From assembly GCA_977030845.1 (NCBI GenBank), contig OZ365110.1:24242001-24306000 (forward strand): 64,000 bases of DNA, written 5' to 3'. Origin of the DNA: Fimbriosthenelais zetlandica. Its lineage: Eukaryota. Below are positions 13,641 through 24,866 of the stretch, one piece after another. The translations under genes were made by a program, and so were the position numbers. The notes under the pieces are model-generated. The model ran no database searches. It saw only the letters and a program-made list of their open reading frames with translations, and was not told the origin of the DNA. The stretch's first letter is position 1. Each line of letters opens with the position of its first letter.

Positions 13641-13972
13641 GGGGAGGGGGGGGGGGGGGGGGGGGTGACAGGAGAGGAGGGTGGGTAACATGACGAGCAG
13701 GGAGGATGGAAGGAGAGTGGAGGGTGTGGGGAGGAGACAGGACGGTGGGTGACAGGATGAGCACGGAGGGAGACAGGAGAGGGTAGGTGATAGGACGAAA
13801 ACGGAGGGATGAGATTGGTGGATGGTGCCAAATGAGTGTGGCATATAGTCCATTACTTTTCAAACTGGGGTGCTAGTGTGGCAAATTATAAATATTCCTG
13901 AACTCAACAAGTCAGAATAACACTCGGTGTTCAAATGGATTGTGGGGAGAGATTGAAGTATCCATGCCTGAG

Positions 13973-14338
13973 ACATAGTGGGATAAATGGATGGGCAACT
14001 GGCAGGCAGGTGACATAGTGGGATAAATGGATGGGCAACTGGCAGGCAGGTGACATAGTGGGATAAATGGATGGGCAACTGGCAGGCAGGTGACATAGTG
14101 GGATAAATGGATGGGCAACTGGCAGGTGCGATAATGGGATTAATGGATGGGGAACTGGCAGGTGTGATAATGGGATTAATGGATGGGCAACTGGCAGGTG
14201 AGATAGTGGGATAAATGGATGGGCAACTAGCAGGTGCGATAATGGGATTAATGGATGGGGAACTGGCAGGTGCGATAATGGGATTAATGTATGGGGAACT
14301 GGAAGGTGCGATAATGGGATTAATGGATGGGGAACTGG
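13973..14338. repeat. 36/40-bp minisatellite, ~10 units
   Basis: Unit tgacatagtgggataaatggatgggcaactggcagg and variants. Three consecutive units carry a 4-bp insert (ggcaggcagg at 14001, 14041, 14081). Confidence 0.9.
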
Positions 14339-14502
14339 TGGCAGCCAGAATGGATGACCCGAGTGCTGGATGGCTGGATGTCTGGACGACTAGCTGGCTT
14401 GTAGGATTAACAGCAGGTTAGACAGGGAGATAGGTGACATGGATGGCTGACATGGATGCATGTGAATAGTCAGGCTGGGTGATTAGGTGGCTCTTAGATT
14501 GA

Positions 14503-14883
14503 TTAGACAGGTCCGATAGATGACTGGCTGGCTGATGTGGAGGATGGATGCATTACTGGTGCGATGTCATAGTGGATGAACAGTTGATGCTTGTCTGGTG
14601 GGACAGTGACTGACAGCTGGTGGTCAGGAAGTTTTGATAGAAGGTTGGTTTGAATGTGAGAAGATGAGTTGCAAGGAGAACAGATTGGGGATGAAGTCCA
14701 GAGTGATTGCATATGGACTGATCGCAGAATGAATGGCGGATGGCTACAGTTCTCGTGTTCACCAGAATTGGTCATTCTGGTCATTGTGAGCTTGTATTCC
14801 AACAGTTCTGAAGCTGGTTGACCATGATGGCTGAGTAAATCCAGAATCCTCCTTGATTGTCTTGAAGTCTCGTTGAATTTAAC
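14503..14883 (-). CDS. Candidate exon (VKFNETSRQSRRILDLLSHHGQPASELLEYKL...) leading into the repeat block
   Basis: Acceptor tattttcataaatacag at 14884. The frame is open for 127 codons from the acceptor to TAA at 14503. No domain recognised. Confidence 0.25.
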   Translation of the reverse strand, partial: VKFNETSRQSRRILDLLSHHGQPASELLEYKLTMTRMTNSGEHENCSHPPFILRSVHMQSLWTSSPICSPCNSSSHIQTNLLSKLPDHQLSVTVPPDKHQLFIHYDIAPVMHPSSTSASQSSIGPV

Positions 14884-15956
14884 CTGTATTTATGAAAATA
14901 ATGGGTACATTAAATATATTTGAGACATGAATGTAAATCCTAAGGCCCAGTCATTATTAATACAGGTCTACATAGTAATATTATTCTGTTCCACTGATTG
15001 GGTTATTAAATTATATAAATCACATGATATGTATTTAGTATTCTCAAGCTCACTCAATTATTTATCATTTTAAAGGCGATACATAATACAAAATTCAATC
15101 TAAATTTTTGCTATTAAAACATGGAACTTCAGAAGCCTATTATAATCATATAGTTTGCAAATTTGGCCTATGAGTAGGCCTAGAGCTCAGTGCACATACA
15201 TGTAGTATACACTATAGAATGGAGGACATCTATTTATTTTTTGGTATGTGTTGATCTGGTTGAATTTTAATTTAAGGTATCAATGACATTGCTAGAATCT
15301 ATCCCATACTAACTTAAAGAATGACCCACATCTCCTACCCATGTCAAATAGCTAAGCCTAAATTTTTTAAAATTTTACTTAGTAAAACAAAGAGCTAACT
15401 GTATAAAAAAAGAAAAAAAGATCATGGACATCGAGGCCCAAGCCAGGGCAAATGCCAGAGATAGATCTGTACCTACTTTAATTCCAGTTTAAGATGTAAT
15501 AGAAAATTTTTAAGTTTTAAGTTTAATATAATCCTAAATTTGGTAGCAAGACTAATCATACAGATTATAGGCCCTAGCATACATGATGTACAGAATATGT
15601 CAGAAAATACTTTACCGGGTTTGGGTTTGTTGGAACGAGGAATAGATAACAGTTTAAATATTATAATGATAGGAATACTAAGTATGAAGCAATGCTGAAG
15701 TAAAAGAAGGAGAAACGATTTTGCTTTGCCCCATGATGCCCATCCATGAGCATGACATGTAACGTCAACAGTCAGTCTCAGACTCAGACACGCCATGCTC
15801 ACAAAGTCGAAGAGCTCATATTTTCCAATAATTTAAACGACAAATCCTGATAAAAGTCCGAGAAGATTACATTTTGTATGTCCATTTTCCAAATGAACAA
15901 TTTCGATTTGATATCTAGGACTAAAACAATAATAGCAAGAAAGAAAGGTTACTTAC

Positions 15957-16000
15957 ACTGTACTCTCGACGTGTGCTGACAAAATGGCGGCGGATAACGT
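15957..16000 (-). promoter_or_regulatory. Putative promoter and first non-coding exon of the leftward orphan gene
   Basis: YY1-type CGCCGCCATTTT (+ strand AAAATGGCGGCG, 15981-15992) followed by the donor CAGT|gtaagt at 15957/15956; locally CpG-rich. Confidence 0.5.
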
Positions 16001-17969
16001 GAAGGCTTGTGTGTCAGAAATCTGTTCTTCCACCAAGACATAAATTTATAAGATACAGGTCTAAAAAGCTACTATTATAGAGGAAAAATATTAAAAATAA
16101 GATGAGTATATTTTTAAATGGATGTGTTTATGTAAAATTATTTTAAATCCCATTACTCAAAAGAAATGCTGCCCCCTTGTGTTGACCGTTGGATTCAAAC
16201 ACGTGAGCATCTCAGGGGAGCATCTCACTGAGACACTGTCACATCCATGGTTTCAAAACAAACTCCCGGAGCCACCATCCTTTATGATTGTTATTGAGGG
16301 TTATAGGGAAAATCAAGTATTTTAAGGTAATTTTAAATTATTTACTTGGCAGAATAATAATCATGAATGACGCTGTTGTTTAGTCTGTTGCGTTGTGATA
16401 GAGAACACGTGTTTTGCGGCTAAAAAGACGTCATCTTTATGACGCGTTTTCTCCATAACGTCGTCATTGTCCATAAGACTGGAAATCGCGTAAAACGTCA
16501 CTAAAAGTGAAGGGAAAAGGTAGTGAGATAGAAGGATCAGAAGGGAGGTGTGAAATATAGCATGCAAGATTGCCCTCTGTCACAATCCCTTAACCTGGAT
16601 CTCTAATCATCCCCAACCTTCTCCTCCATCACAATTAGGGTCAGAAAAATCCGATTACTACAGTTGAAAGTTTGCTTAAAATGCAAGGCAAGCCAGTAGA
16701 GAGCCAGGAAAGGCCTCAAACTGGCACACTCCGAGCCATGATCCCTCTGCTAATGTAAACAGTATAACAAAACAGGGGCTGGCAAGGGTAAAATATCATT
16801 AAGCTTCTTGTTAAACTTTCAATAAAATTCTATTTTTCTGTTTTTATGTCTTATTCTACATGTTGACTGAAGGCATATTGCACGCATATTATAACGAAAG
16901 CAATACATGGACTATAGAGATTTAAGAGGTTAGGAAAATTAGTATCTTTATGCACCCAACAATGGTTATAATGACAAAACATACCACACACCTCCGATTT
17001 CTACATTTATAAGACATATTATTAAAGCGCAAAACAAGGCAACAAAAATTATTGGAAATGCCAATGTTTTATATATAGATAGATTGCAAGAGGCTACCAG
17101 AAGAAGTATTGTACTACGTAAAACTCAAGCATAAACGTATCTTCGGTGAGATCATTGGCCTGTTTCTTGGAAGCCACTTGGGAAGCCACATTTGCCATGA
17201 CTGAACCTCTCTTATTTGGATAATTGAATCTGGCCTGTTTTTGGATCTTAGTCAAAGGAGCAAAGCGACCTAGTCCCTCCATTTAAAGCTTGCACTAGAA
17301 AGATCCTGTCTTTTTATTATACCAAAGGCAAATCTTTTTACAGAAATAAGGTATTTTTTAATTTCCCTCATTTAGGAAATGAAAACGTGAAACGAGGCAT
17401 GAGTCTTAAAATTATTATCTTCATGACGATGAATATCAATACCGATATTACTTTTGGTGAATTAATTTTTGCCTGGTTTTGTAACTAACTTTTTCTTTAT
17501 TTATGCCCCGTGTATTCATCGCTTTCGATATTTTCCCCGAACTTATGTGATTAGAAATTGTATTGTAGCCTAAATTAACAATATCAAATTTATGTGATAT
17601 TACATAACATTTATACGATAATCGTCAACTGGTGATGAAAAATAGACCGATTTGTTCTATTTATCTAATATATCCAGGAGGTATAACCAAGTTTGGTTAA
17701 CGCAAGGCCCTTCGGGAGTTAGCCCGGTCTTCGAGGACTTTCCTGTTTTAAATAATGCTCTTTACTGTTTGCTCTATGCTTTCAACTTATACATTTCAGT
17801 ACTTTCACTGTTTTCCTTTTCATCGCTTTCATTCGTAACTTCCGAAACCAACTTCCCAAACCATAATTTCACCTCTTATGTGTTCTTTGCCCATTATTTC
17901 GCTCTTGTACCTTATGAATACTCCATTCATCCATGGATGCCTTTCTTCGTCCCAGATCGTCACCTTCCA

Positions 17970-18041
17970 ACCGGAAGTGACTGCCTAGATATCACTGGCT
18001 CCTTGCATGCTACCGTGACGTCATAGAGGTCAACTTCCGGT
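17970..18041. promoter_or_regulatory. Promoter/enhancer-like motif cluster
   Basis: Two opposed ETS sites (ACCGGAAGTG 17970-17979, ACTTCCGGT 18033-18041) flank a CRE (TGACGTCA 18016-18023). Confidence 0.4.
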
Positions 18042-18639
18042 CATATGGGACTCTCTACCGACCACAGATGACCACAGGGGACTACAGCCCAGAGTCCAGA
18101 CATATGTCTAATTGCTGGACAGCATGGGGAAAACTGATAGGCCTATACGTGAAGTGATTCCGGTTTGGTGCCTCTTACTCTTAGGCATAAAAGCTTCATA
18201 CAAAAAGAACCAGAACCAATCTAATTTACAATATTATATAAATAGTGTAGGCTTATATAATTTTTTATAATATATCTATATAGATATAAAAACGGGGAGT
18301 TAATTGTGTTATTAGTTCTAAGTTGCAGTCGTTTTAAAAATAGTCCAAATAGAGGGGATTTGAACCAGGCATGTTTTACAATAAATGTATCACTTTTACA
18401 AGTATGAGCAGCTCTGTCAGTGTCATACTGTGATTGCCAGGGACGAGCTGCTCCTTCAGTCAATCCTCTCACTGCTCGCCTCATTGCTTTTCCCATTCCT
18501 AGCCACAAAAGGTGCAGGCCATTCAGACAGGCCAAGTTGACTGAGCTTTCAAGTGAGCTCACTATTCATGGACGATTTGTGCAAACAAGTATACGGCTGC
18601 TTGCTTTTAAGGGCTGTTTTGCACTGCGGTTTGCGGGGA

Positions 18640-18835
18640 GACTGGGCCAATCCGAAGGAGACTGGAACCAGTCTTCAGAAGACAGCTATAGGGTCCAATC
18701 TGAAGGAGACTGGGCCCAATCAGCAGGGGACAGATACAGTACCAATCTGAGGGAGATTGTGTCTTATCCGAAGGGAGCTGGGAGCAGTATTCGGGAGACA
18801 TGGTCTAATCTGAAGGAGACTGGACCCAATCTGTA
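18640..18835 (+). repeat. Degenerate 21-bp minisatellite (GACTGGRCCCAATCTGAAGGA); dispersed-repeat copy B
   Basis: Recurrent gactggrccaatctgaaggag units. They account for the QSEGDW/NLKETGP repeats in the local ORFs. Confidence 0.65.
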
Positions 18836-19923
18836 AGCGAGTCAAGACCCCAAGACCCCCAGTCACGAGTATTGATCAGTCAGCAGTGTCAACTGAGCTG
18901 TTTCTGTCCACTTCTCATTTCTATTGCTGACCACTCCTATTTTTGGAGGTTATTGGTGTCTGTTGTTTTTCTCCACCTTTCTTCACTTCGGTCCCCTGCC
19001 TCTGTTAGCCTATAATATGGACTGTGACTTTTTCTAAACATGACATGTGAATATAGAAAAATTGACCAGGATCATTCTGTGACTGCAGGAAAAGCACACC
19101 AATATGAACCCTCTATCATAAACTATATCCTAGAGATTTTATTACCAAAGACAGTGAACTTTTTCCATCAAGGTTTGTAAAGAAATGGCATTCGAGTACT
19201 TGAAATGCAATTACATGTATTTGATGAAAAAAGTGTCTGAATGGAATATAAAGAAAAGTGATTGCTGGAGGGTGTTCAATCCACTAGCAAATGAACCTTG
19301 GCCATTTCTTCATCAGAGAAAAACGAGGGTATATCCCCTAAAGAGTTTATCAAACGTAAAGCCTTGATTCTACTATTGGGCTTATTGTCACTGGGCGAGG
19401 ATTGAAGATGGCCTGATAGGGCCAAACCGCGGTCCTCCACCCATGCCAATCAGAATACTATGTTGTATTTGACCATGCTCTGAATGTAATTTGTCCTGGA
19501 AGTATTGCCTCAAGACAGACAACATGCATTGCAGCGCAAAGATAAGGTGTTTCCCGTCCTCAATCTATGGTTGATAGCATCTTTTCTTGCTTTCCCGCCC
19601 CACTCCACCCCCAGCCAACCCCACCATCACTTGACTACCCCACCAGCCCCCTCCTCCACCCCAACACACCCACTTACACCACCCCTTCCTCAGTGTAGGA
19701 TTGAACCCAGTCCTGTAGTTTTCTTAATTGCGATACCGGTACTCTATTCAATAAAATAATCCAGACTTGTGTGCATATTTAGGAGAATGATTTAGCAATT
19801 TGGGAAATAACGTCTCATAATTCAAGTATAATTTTAGAATTTAAGAATGGGTTTGTTGCGGTTGCAACAAGAAAGACAAATGGTTGAAACATGAGCTATA
19901 TATTCTTGTTTTTCTTTTAAAAG

Positions 19924-20023
19924 CGAAAAAGAAATTACCGGAGACGATTGCCAGTCTACCATTGGAAGATCCCGATCAAAAGAGATTCAGAGAAAATTGT
20001 CTCTGTTGGGCGAGCTCCTGGGG
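19924..20023 (+). other. Candidate internal exon (100 nt), gene unassigned
   Basis: Acceptor ttcttgtttttcttttaaaag and donor GGG|gtaagt. All three frames are open (e.g. EKEITGDDCQSTIGRSRSKEIQRKLSLLGELLG). Confidence 0.3.
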
Positions 20024-23000
20024 GTAAGTGTTAGGATGATATGGCCAATAGAATTGGCCTTTAAGCAGCACTTTATAAGGCAAAAAACAAGATATATTGG
20101 CCGCTCAAGCACGCTGATATTATCTTAACATCCCTGGGAGCTACCAGGGGTCATAAAAACAGAGAATATTATGGGAATTCCCACATATAACCCACTTATG
20201 AGCATTCAGGTCTAATTCTTGGCTTTCCAAGCAAACAAACAGGCAGACATGATAAATTTACTCCATTTAGACGTGGGTTTTAATTTGATAATTGTGTTAT
20301 AGGGTTGTCTATTCAGGCGGTCCATATCCAGACAGCACCCAAGCAGTCATTTCAATGATTAGTTATTTATATTGCATCCATTGCGGATGGCGCTTGCTTG
20401 CTTGGCTTTTCGTGACCAAAGCCCATCCATTAGATTTATCAGCAGTGGTAGGACTAGGGATACAGACAGTAACTGGCGATTAAATGCTTGTCATTTTACT
20501 GTTTGTTGCTGAATATGTTGGCCTATTGATGTCCTATACTAGGCATCCACATCCCATTAAAAGCACGGGAGTACTTTCCTTCTATGACCACAGCTAATAT
20601 TAAGTTTCGGTTATTTTTATTATAATATTTATACCATTCGAGTATTTTTCAGAATTTGAAAGAGCCTAAGTAGCCTACTCCAGTTTGACAAAATGTGAAG
20701 GCAGTATGATCTATATTTAGGATTAAAATCTATATTTTAAGATTAAGATCTATATTTAAGGCATATTGGGGAATTTGTCCTAAACACCCCAGCAAGAGGA
20801 ACTTCATGTGCGGGCCATTGATGGATAAACATAACTAGGCAAATCCTGCAGATTTAATTTCTAAACAGACCTCTGATTCTAACAATAGAATTTCTCTCTG
20901 CTAATGTTGGATTTCGACAATGACCATATGGATTAGTAATGGTCGTTATGAAGGTGGGAGTCAGTGAAATAACCCTACACACCTGAAAGGTGAGTCATGT
21001 CAATCAATGAGCGGGATGGGGGTGAACAATGTGTGAGGGTGGCATGACGAACTAGTCAAGCATGTAACTCAGACATTCTGGCACCAACACCTGACGCAGT
21101 CATAGGTCCTCAAAAATCTGATCAGTTTGATATTCAATATCATAGATTTTCAGCAAAGTTAACATTAAAAATAATTATAGTGATTTACAAATAAGGAAGT
21201 GGAAAAGTTACTATGTGTTCTAATGGACAAGCTATGTCAAATTATAAAATGTCTGTCCAACCCACCTCCAACAATGACTAGTTTGCAAAATTGGGGGTGG
21301 CCAAATTACCAAAGGGGTAGGAAGGGTATGCCCACACCACCCCGTCCCACAATGACAGAGTCATGGACTCACCTATTATGATATCACTATTTACCTGGAA
21401 CCATATTAGCCAGCCTGGAAATGGCTATAAATAGAGAGGAGGGGGTCTTCCCCTCCTACTGCTAAAACCCTGACCCCCAACTTTGTATTACATGCATTAC
21501 AAATCATATGAATCACAGGAGGTCCAGAGAATACATGAAATGCTGACACATGAATATATTTATGTGCTGGTATCTCAGTCATAACTATAGGCCAAAAATG
21601 TATTATTGTTTCTGGAACCCATGAATACATGTAATGGCATGTGAGTCACACTGTAAGGCCAAGAATTATAAAATAACGTTTCTGGGAAATATGTTATTGC
21701 CCATTGGCACAGCTACTGCGATTAGCATATGATTCAACCAAATAGAAAATCAAGAAATTGTCATTGTAAAAAAATCATCAACGAGGGCATTAAATCTGTC
21801 TGCGAAAGGTCTAGACAGGGTAACAGTGGAAGAATCTCAATGTACATAATATGTTTATGCTAATTACTCCCAATCACTTTTTATTGTTCATATTGATTTC
21901 CAGATCAATAGAATGTAATTTACAACATACGTCAGTTGTATGTTTCATGTCTTGCTATGACAGATCTGTACATGGAATGACAACAAGTAATTCAGTACAT
22001 CTTGGCTGACCTAATTCCAATCAATATTGATGATTTATGTTGTTTTGTTTAATATCCTAAAACGACTAATTATGATATTATAGCCTACATGCATTGCACT
22101 GTTTTAAATATGGATAACTGCTTTACAGCTCTCATTGGTACTATATATCCATTTGGACCCTTTGGGAAATTCTGTGTATAATAGAGGATTTGGCATATTA
22201 TGAAACCACTTGCGGTTGATTTAGCATTATCCAAATGCCTCTAGATTTAAAGACATGCATTTCAAAGAAGGATAATGCATTATCTCAAGCGTCGAGTAAA
22301 TCCACTTATTTTGACTTTGATCACCGCAACAAAAGGAACAACTTTTGTTTTGTTCAGATTGATCAAAGTTGTAATGATAAATGATGGAAGCTGTTGTCCA
22401 TTTATGCCTGGAGGGTCAGTCTGACTGGACATCAACTTCCATCAATGGTCATTTGGACCTTGATGACCTCAAGCTTGCTTTTCACTATTTCCAACTGACC
22501 GTTGAGTCTTTGTCCATGGCCAATCAAGGGATTCCTGCCTCTGGGTCTGGGGGCCTGTTCCATTAAAAAATTCCATTTCACAGAGGTTACAACTGGAGTC
22601 CACATAAGATTTCATTTCTATTACATGTAGATGAAAACGGTAAAGGGGCATTTTTATAACTGTAGGAACTAACTCCAAGAAAGTTTTTTCTTCCAGAAGG
22701 TATTTTCCTCAAACACGAAAGGGTTAAAAATCACTTCCAGGTACAATGTACGTAAAAAAATATTGGTGTCACTAAGATGGGTCGATTTGAATTCAAATGT
22801 GAACTCGTATGTTCCTTTATATTGTTGATGTTTTTTTATGAAATGGACCCTGGCACTTCCACCGACTTCTATGGTATCAGTAAGCCAATCAGACCCGAGC
22901 CACCTCCGGGTCAACAGGGATCACTTCCGGGGCAGGTTCGGACAAAGGGGTCAACTCACTCATTGGGAAGCAATGGGTCTGGGGCAGTGGAGATGCTCAG

Positions 23001-23167
23001 ACCACGGTACTCAGGGATCGACCAGTATTAGAGGTTTCCCTACAGGGAACACAGAGGGAAGGATCCTGAAATGTTTCCTGTCAGACGCCAGGAAAATTAA
23101 CCCAAATTTGATAAATAGTTGTGTCCAATAAGGTTTATTTGGCATGGGAAAACACTTGAAATTATAA

Positions 23168-23502
23168 CCCTAAACTGCCTTTGGTATGGTAGGCCTCCGG
23201 CAAATTGGCTCACAATAAAGACATGGGAAATGTCAATGTTTTTATAAAGAAATAGTCATTTCCTCCAATGAAAAACATTAATCTAAAATACCTCAAATTT
23301 CAGGTCCTCCCAAAAGCCTAAGCCAATTTTCTGATTTTGCTATAATTTTACAAGCAATCAATCCCCAAACTTTCCCCCCAATTAACCGCATATGGTTTCT
23401 AAGTTTATGGGAGTACATTCCTGACATAGTGGAGAGCACTAATTTGCCTCAGAACATTCCCCTGTAATTCCCAACCCCACCCGGGGGATGGGCGAGCTAG
23501 GG
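23168..23502. mobile_element. Possible piggyBac-like MITE
   Basis: Inverted ends ttataaCCCTAaactGCC ... GGCgagcTAGGGttataa. The CCCT/AGGG termini have TTAA-like flanks (ATAA/TTAT). Confidence 0.35.
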
Positions 23503-24798
23503 TTATAAATAGAGAGCAGTGCATTAGAGGTTGGTTGGGATGAGTCATAAGGTTGAGGGTACCCGTGGTGGTAATAAGGGATTTGCACCTGGTTTGCCAT
23601 TAATTTGGTGCCTTATGGTGGTCATTAGGATTAGGTGATTAACAGACAGACACCCACTGCTAGACTTGTCCAAGGCTTAACAGCCTCTAAATTTATAAAA
23701 TCAAAACCTCAATGATATCCAAATGAAAATGATGAATAGTTCTATTAAAATTATCATTCGTCATGAACATCTATGGACCTATCACTTGTATCAGCGTGTC
23801 ATGAACATTTTCTAAGAAGTTGGACCTAAAATCAGGAAGTTTCTCAATCCCAAACGACAGTCATGTGAAGTATGTGCCAGTGTTTATAATACTGTATTAC
23901 TACACAGTGAAAATTAGCCCGATTCAATACTAATTTTATATTGACCATCAAGTCGACTGTGGGACTATTGAAGGACAATGGTCAGTCTACACGAGTCAGA
24001 GGAATTCCAGCCAACCACACTGCCCGAAACCAGACACCCTGGCACATGGAACAAGATAATACCCTGGCCCAAAAGGTCTCCAACAATGCTTTGACCTCTA
24101 AACTTCAATTCAATAGCTTATTATTCACTACATGTAATACAATACATAAAATGGTTCATAAAAAAACTTTACAATATCGAACATGTCACCGAAAACTTAC
24201 CCCCCAATGATGATAATTAGCATTTTAATTGGAGGTGTTTAAATAATCAGGTATTTGATACTTTTGGCCATGTTCCACGCGTTGTTTTGATAACAATAAT
24301 CAGAATAGGAAAGCTTCATCAAAAAATAGAATTAATTGGCCTGACACTCATTAATGATGTAATATTAATGCCTTACAAAAATTGCTTATGTAAATTAACT
24401 TTGTTTTTTACTACCTTATAAATTACTATAAAGGCTATTCACCGCTGAATCACATAATTATTCATTTATCATCTGTTTTGGAATAATTTTATATCACAAA
24501 TATCAGAATAGGCTTGACATGTCATTCTCTGTAAAAATATCTTCATTTAATGAATTCCATTAAATAAATTTGTAGGATCCGATATGCATTCCTTATAGGG
24601 GGTTCATGTGAATTTATTGATCTAGGGAAATGGATAAATAAAGTAAAGAATATTGGACATTATTTGTTTTTGGCGGATATAACCTGCTAATTTTGCCCTG
24701 AACGCCTGGGTTAGAAGGCAATGAGCATCAGTGACAATGACTCAGCAGAAATCAGAGCTTATTTGCATGCTGCACCCTCCCGTTTTACCTGATGTCTG

Positions 24799-24866
24799 CC
24801 GGAAGTAGGGGTGTCGCCGCCGACGTTCTCCCCAACGAAGTTTAACAATCGCCACGTGCGGCGATT
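24799..24866. promoter_or_regulatory. CpG-rich island with an ETS site and an E-box inside an inverted repeat
   Basis: CCGGAAGT at 24799-24806; AATCGCC-ACGTGC-GGCGATT at 24847-24866 contains CACGTG. Confidence 0.35.

Noticed and set aside
12903-13853. Three long overlapping ORFs (316, 292 and 235 aa) as independent genes
   Set aside because: They arise from a 45/54-bp minisatellite that is open in several frames on both strands. At most one - frame could be real (see findings).
13860-13862. Selenocysteine or programmed readthrough at the lone TGA
   Set aside because: No SECIS-like structure was recognised, the context is low-complexity, and there is no selenoprotein motif.
17094-17282. 62-aa - strand ORF (MEGLGRFAPL...)
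   Set aside because: Protein-like, but it has no convincing splice sites or recognisable family.
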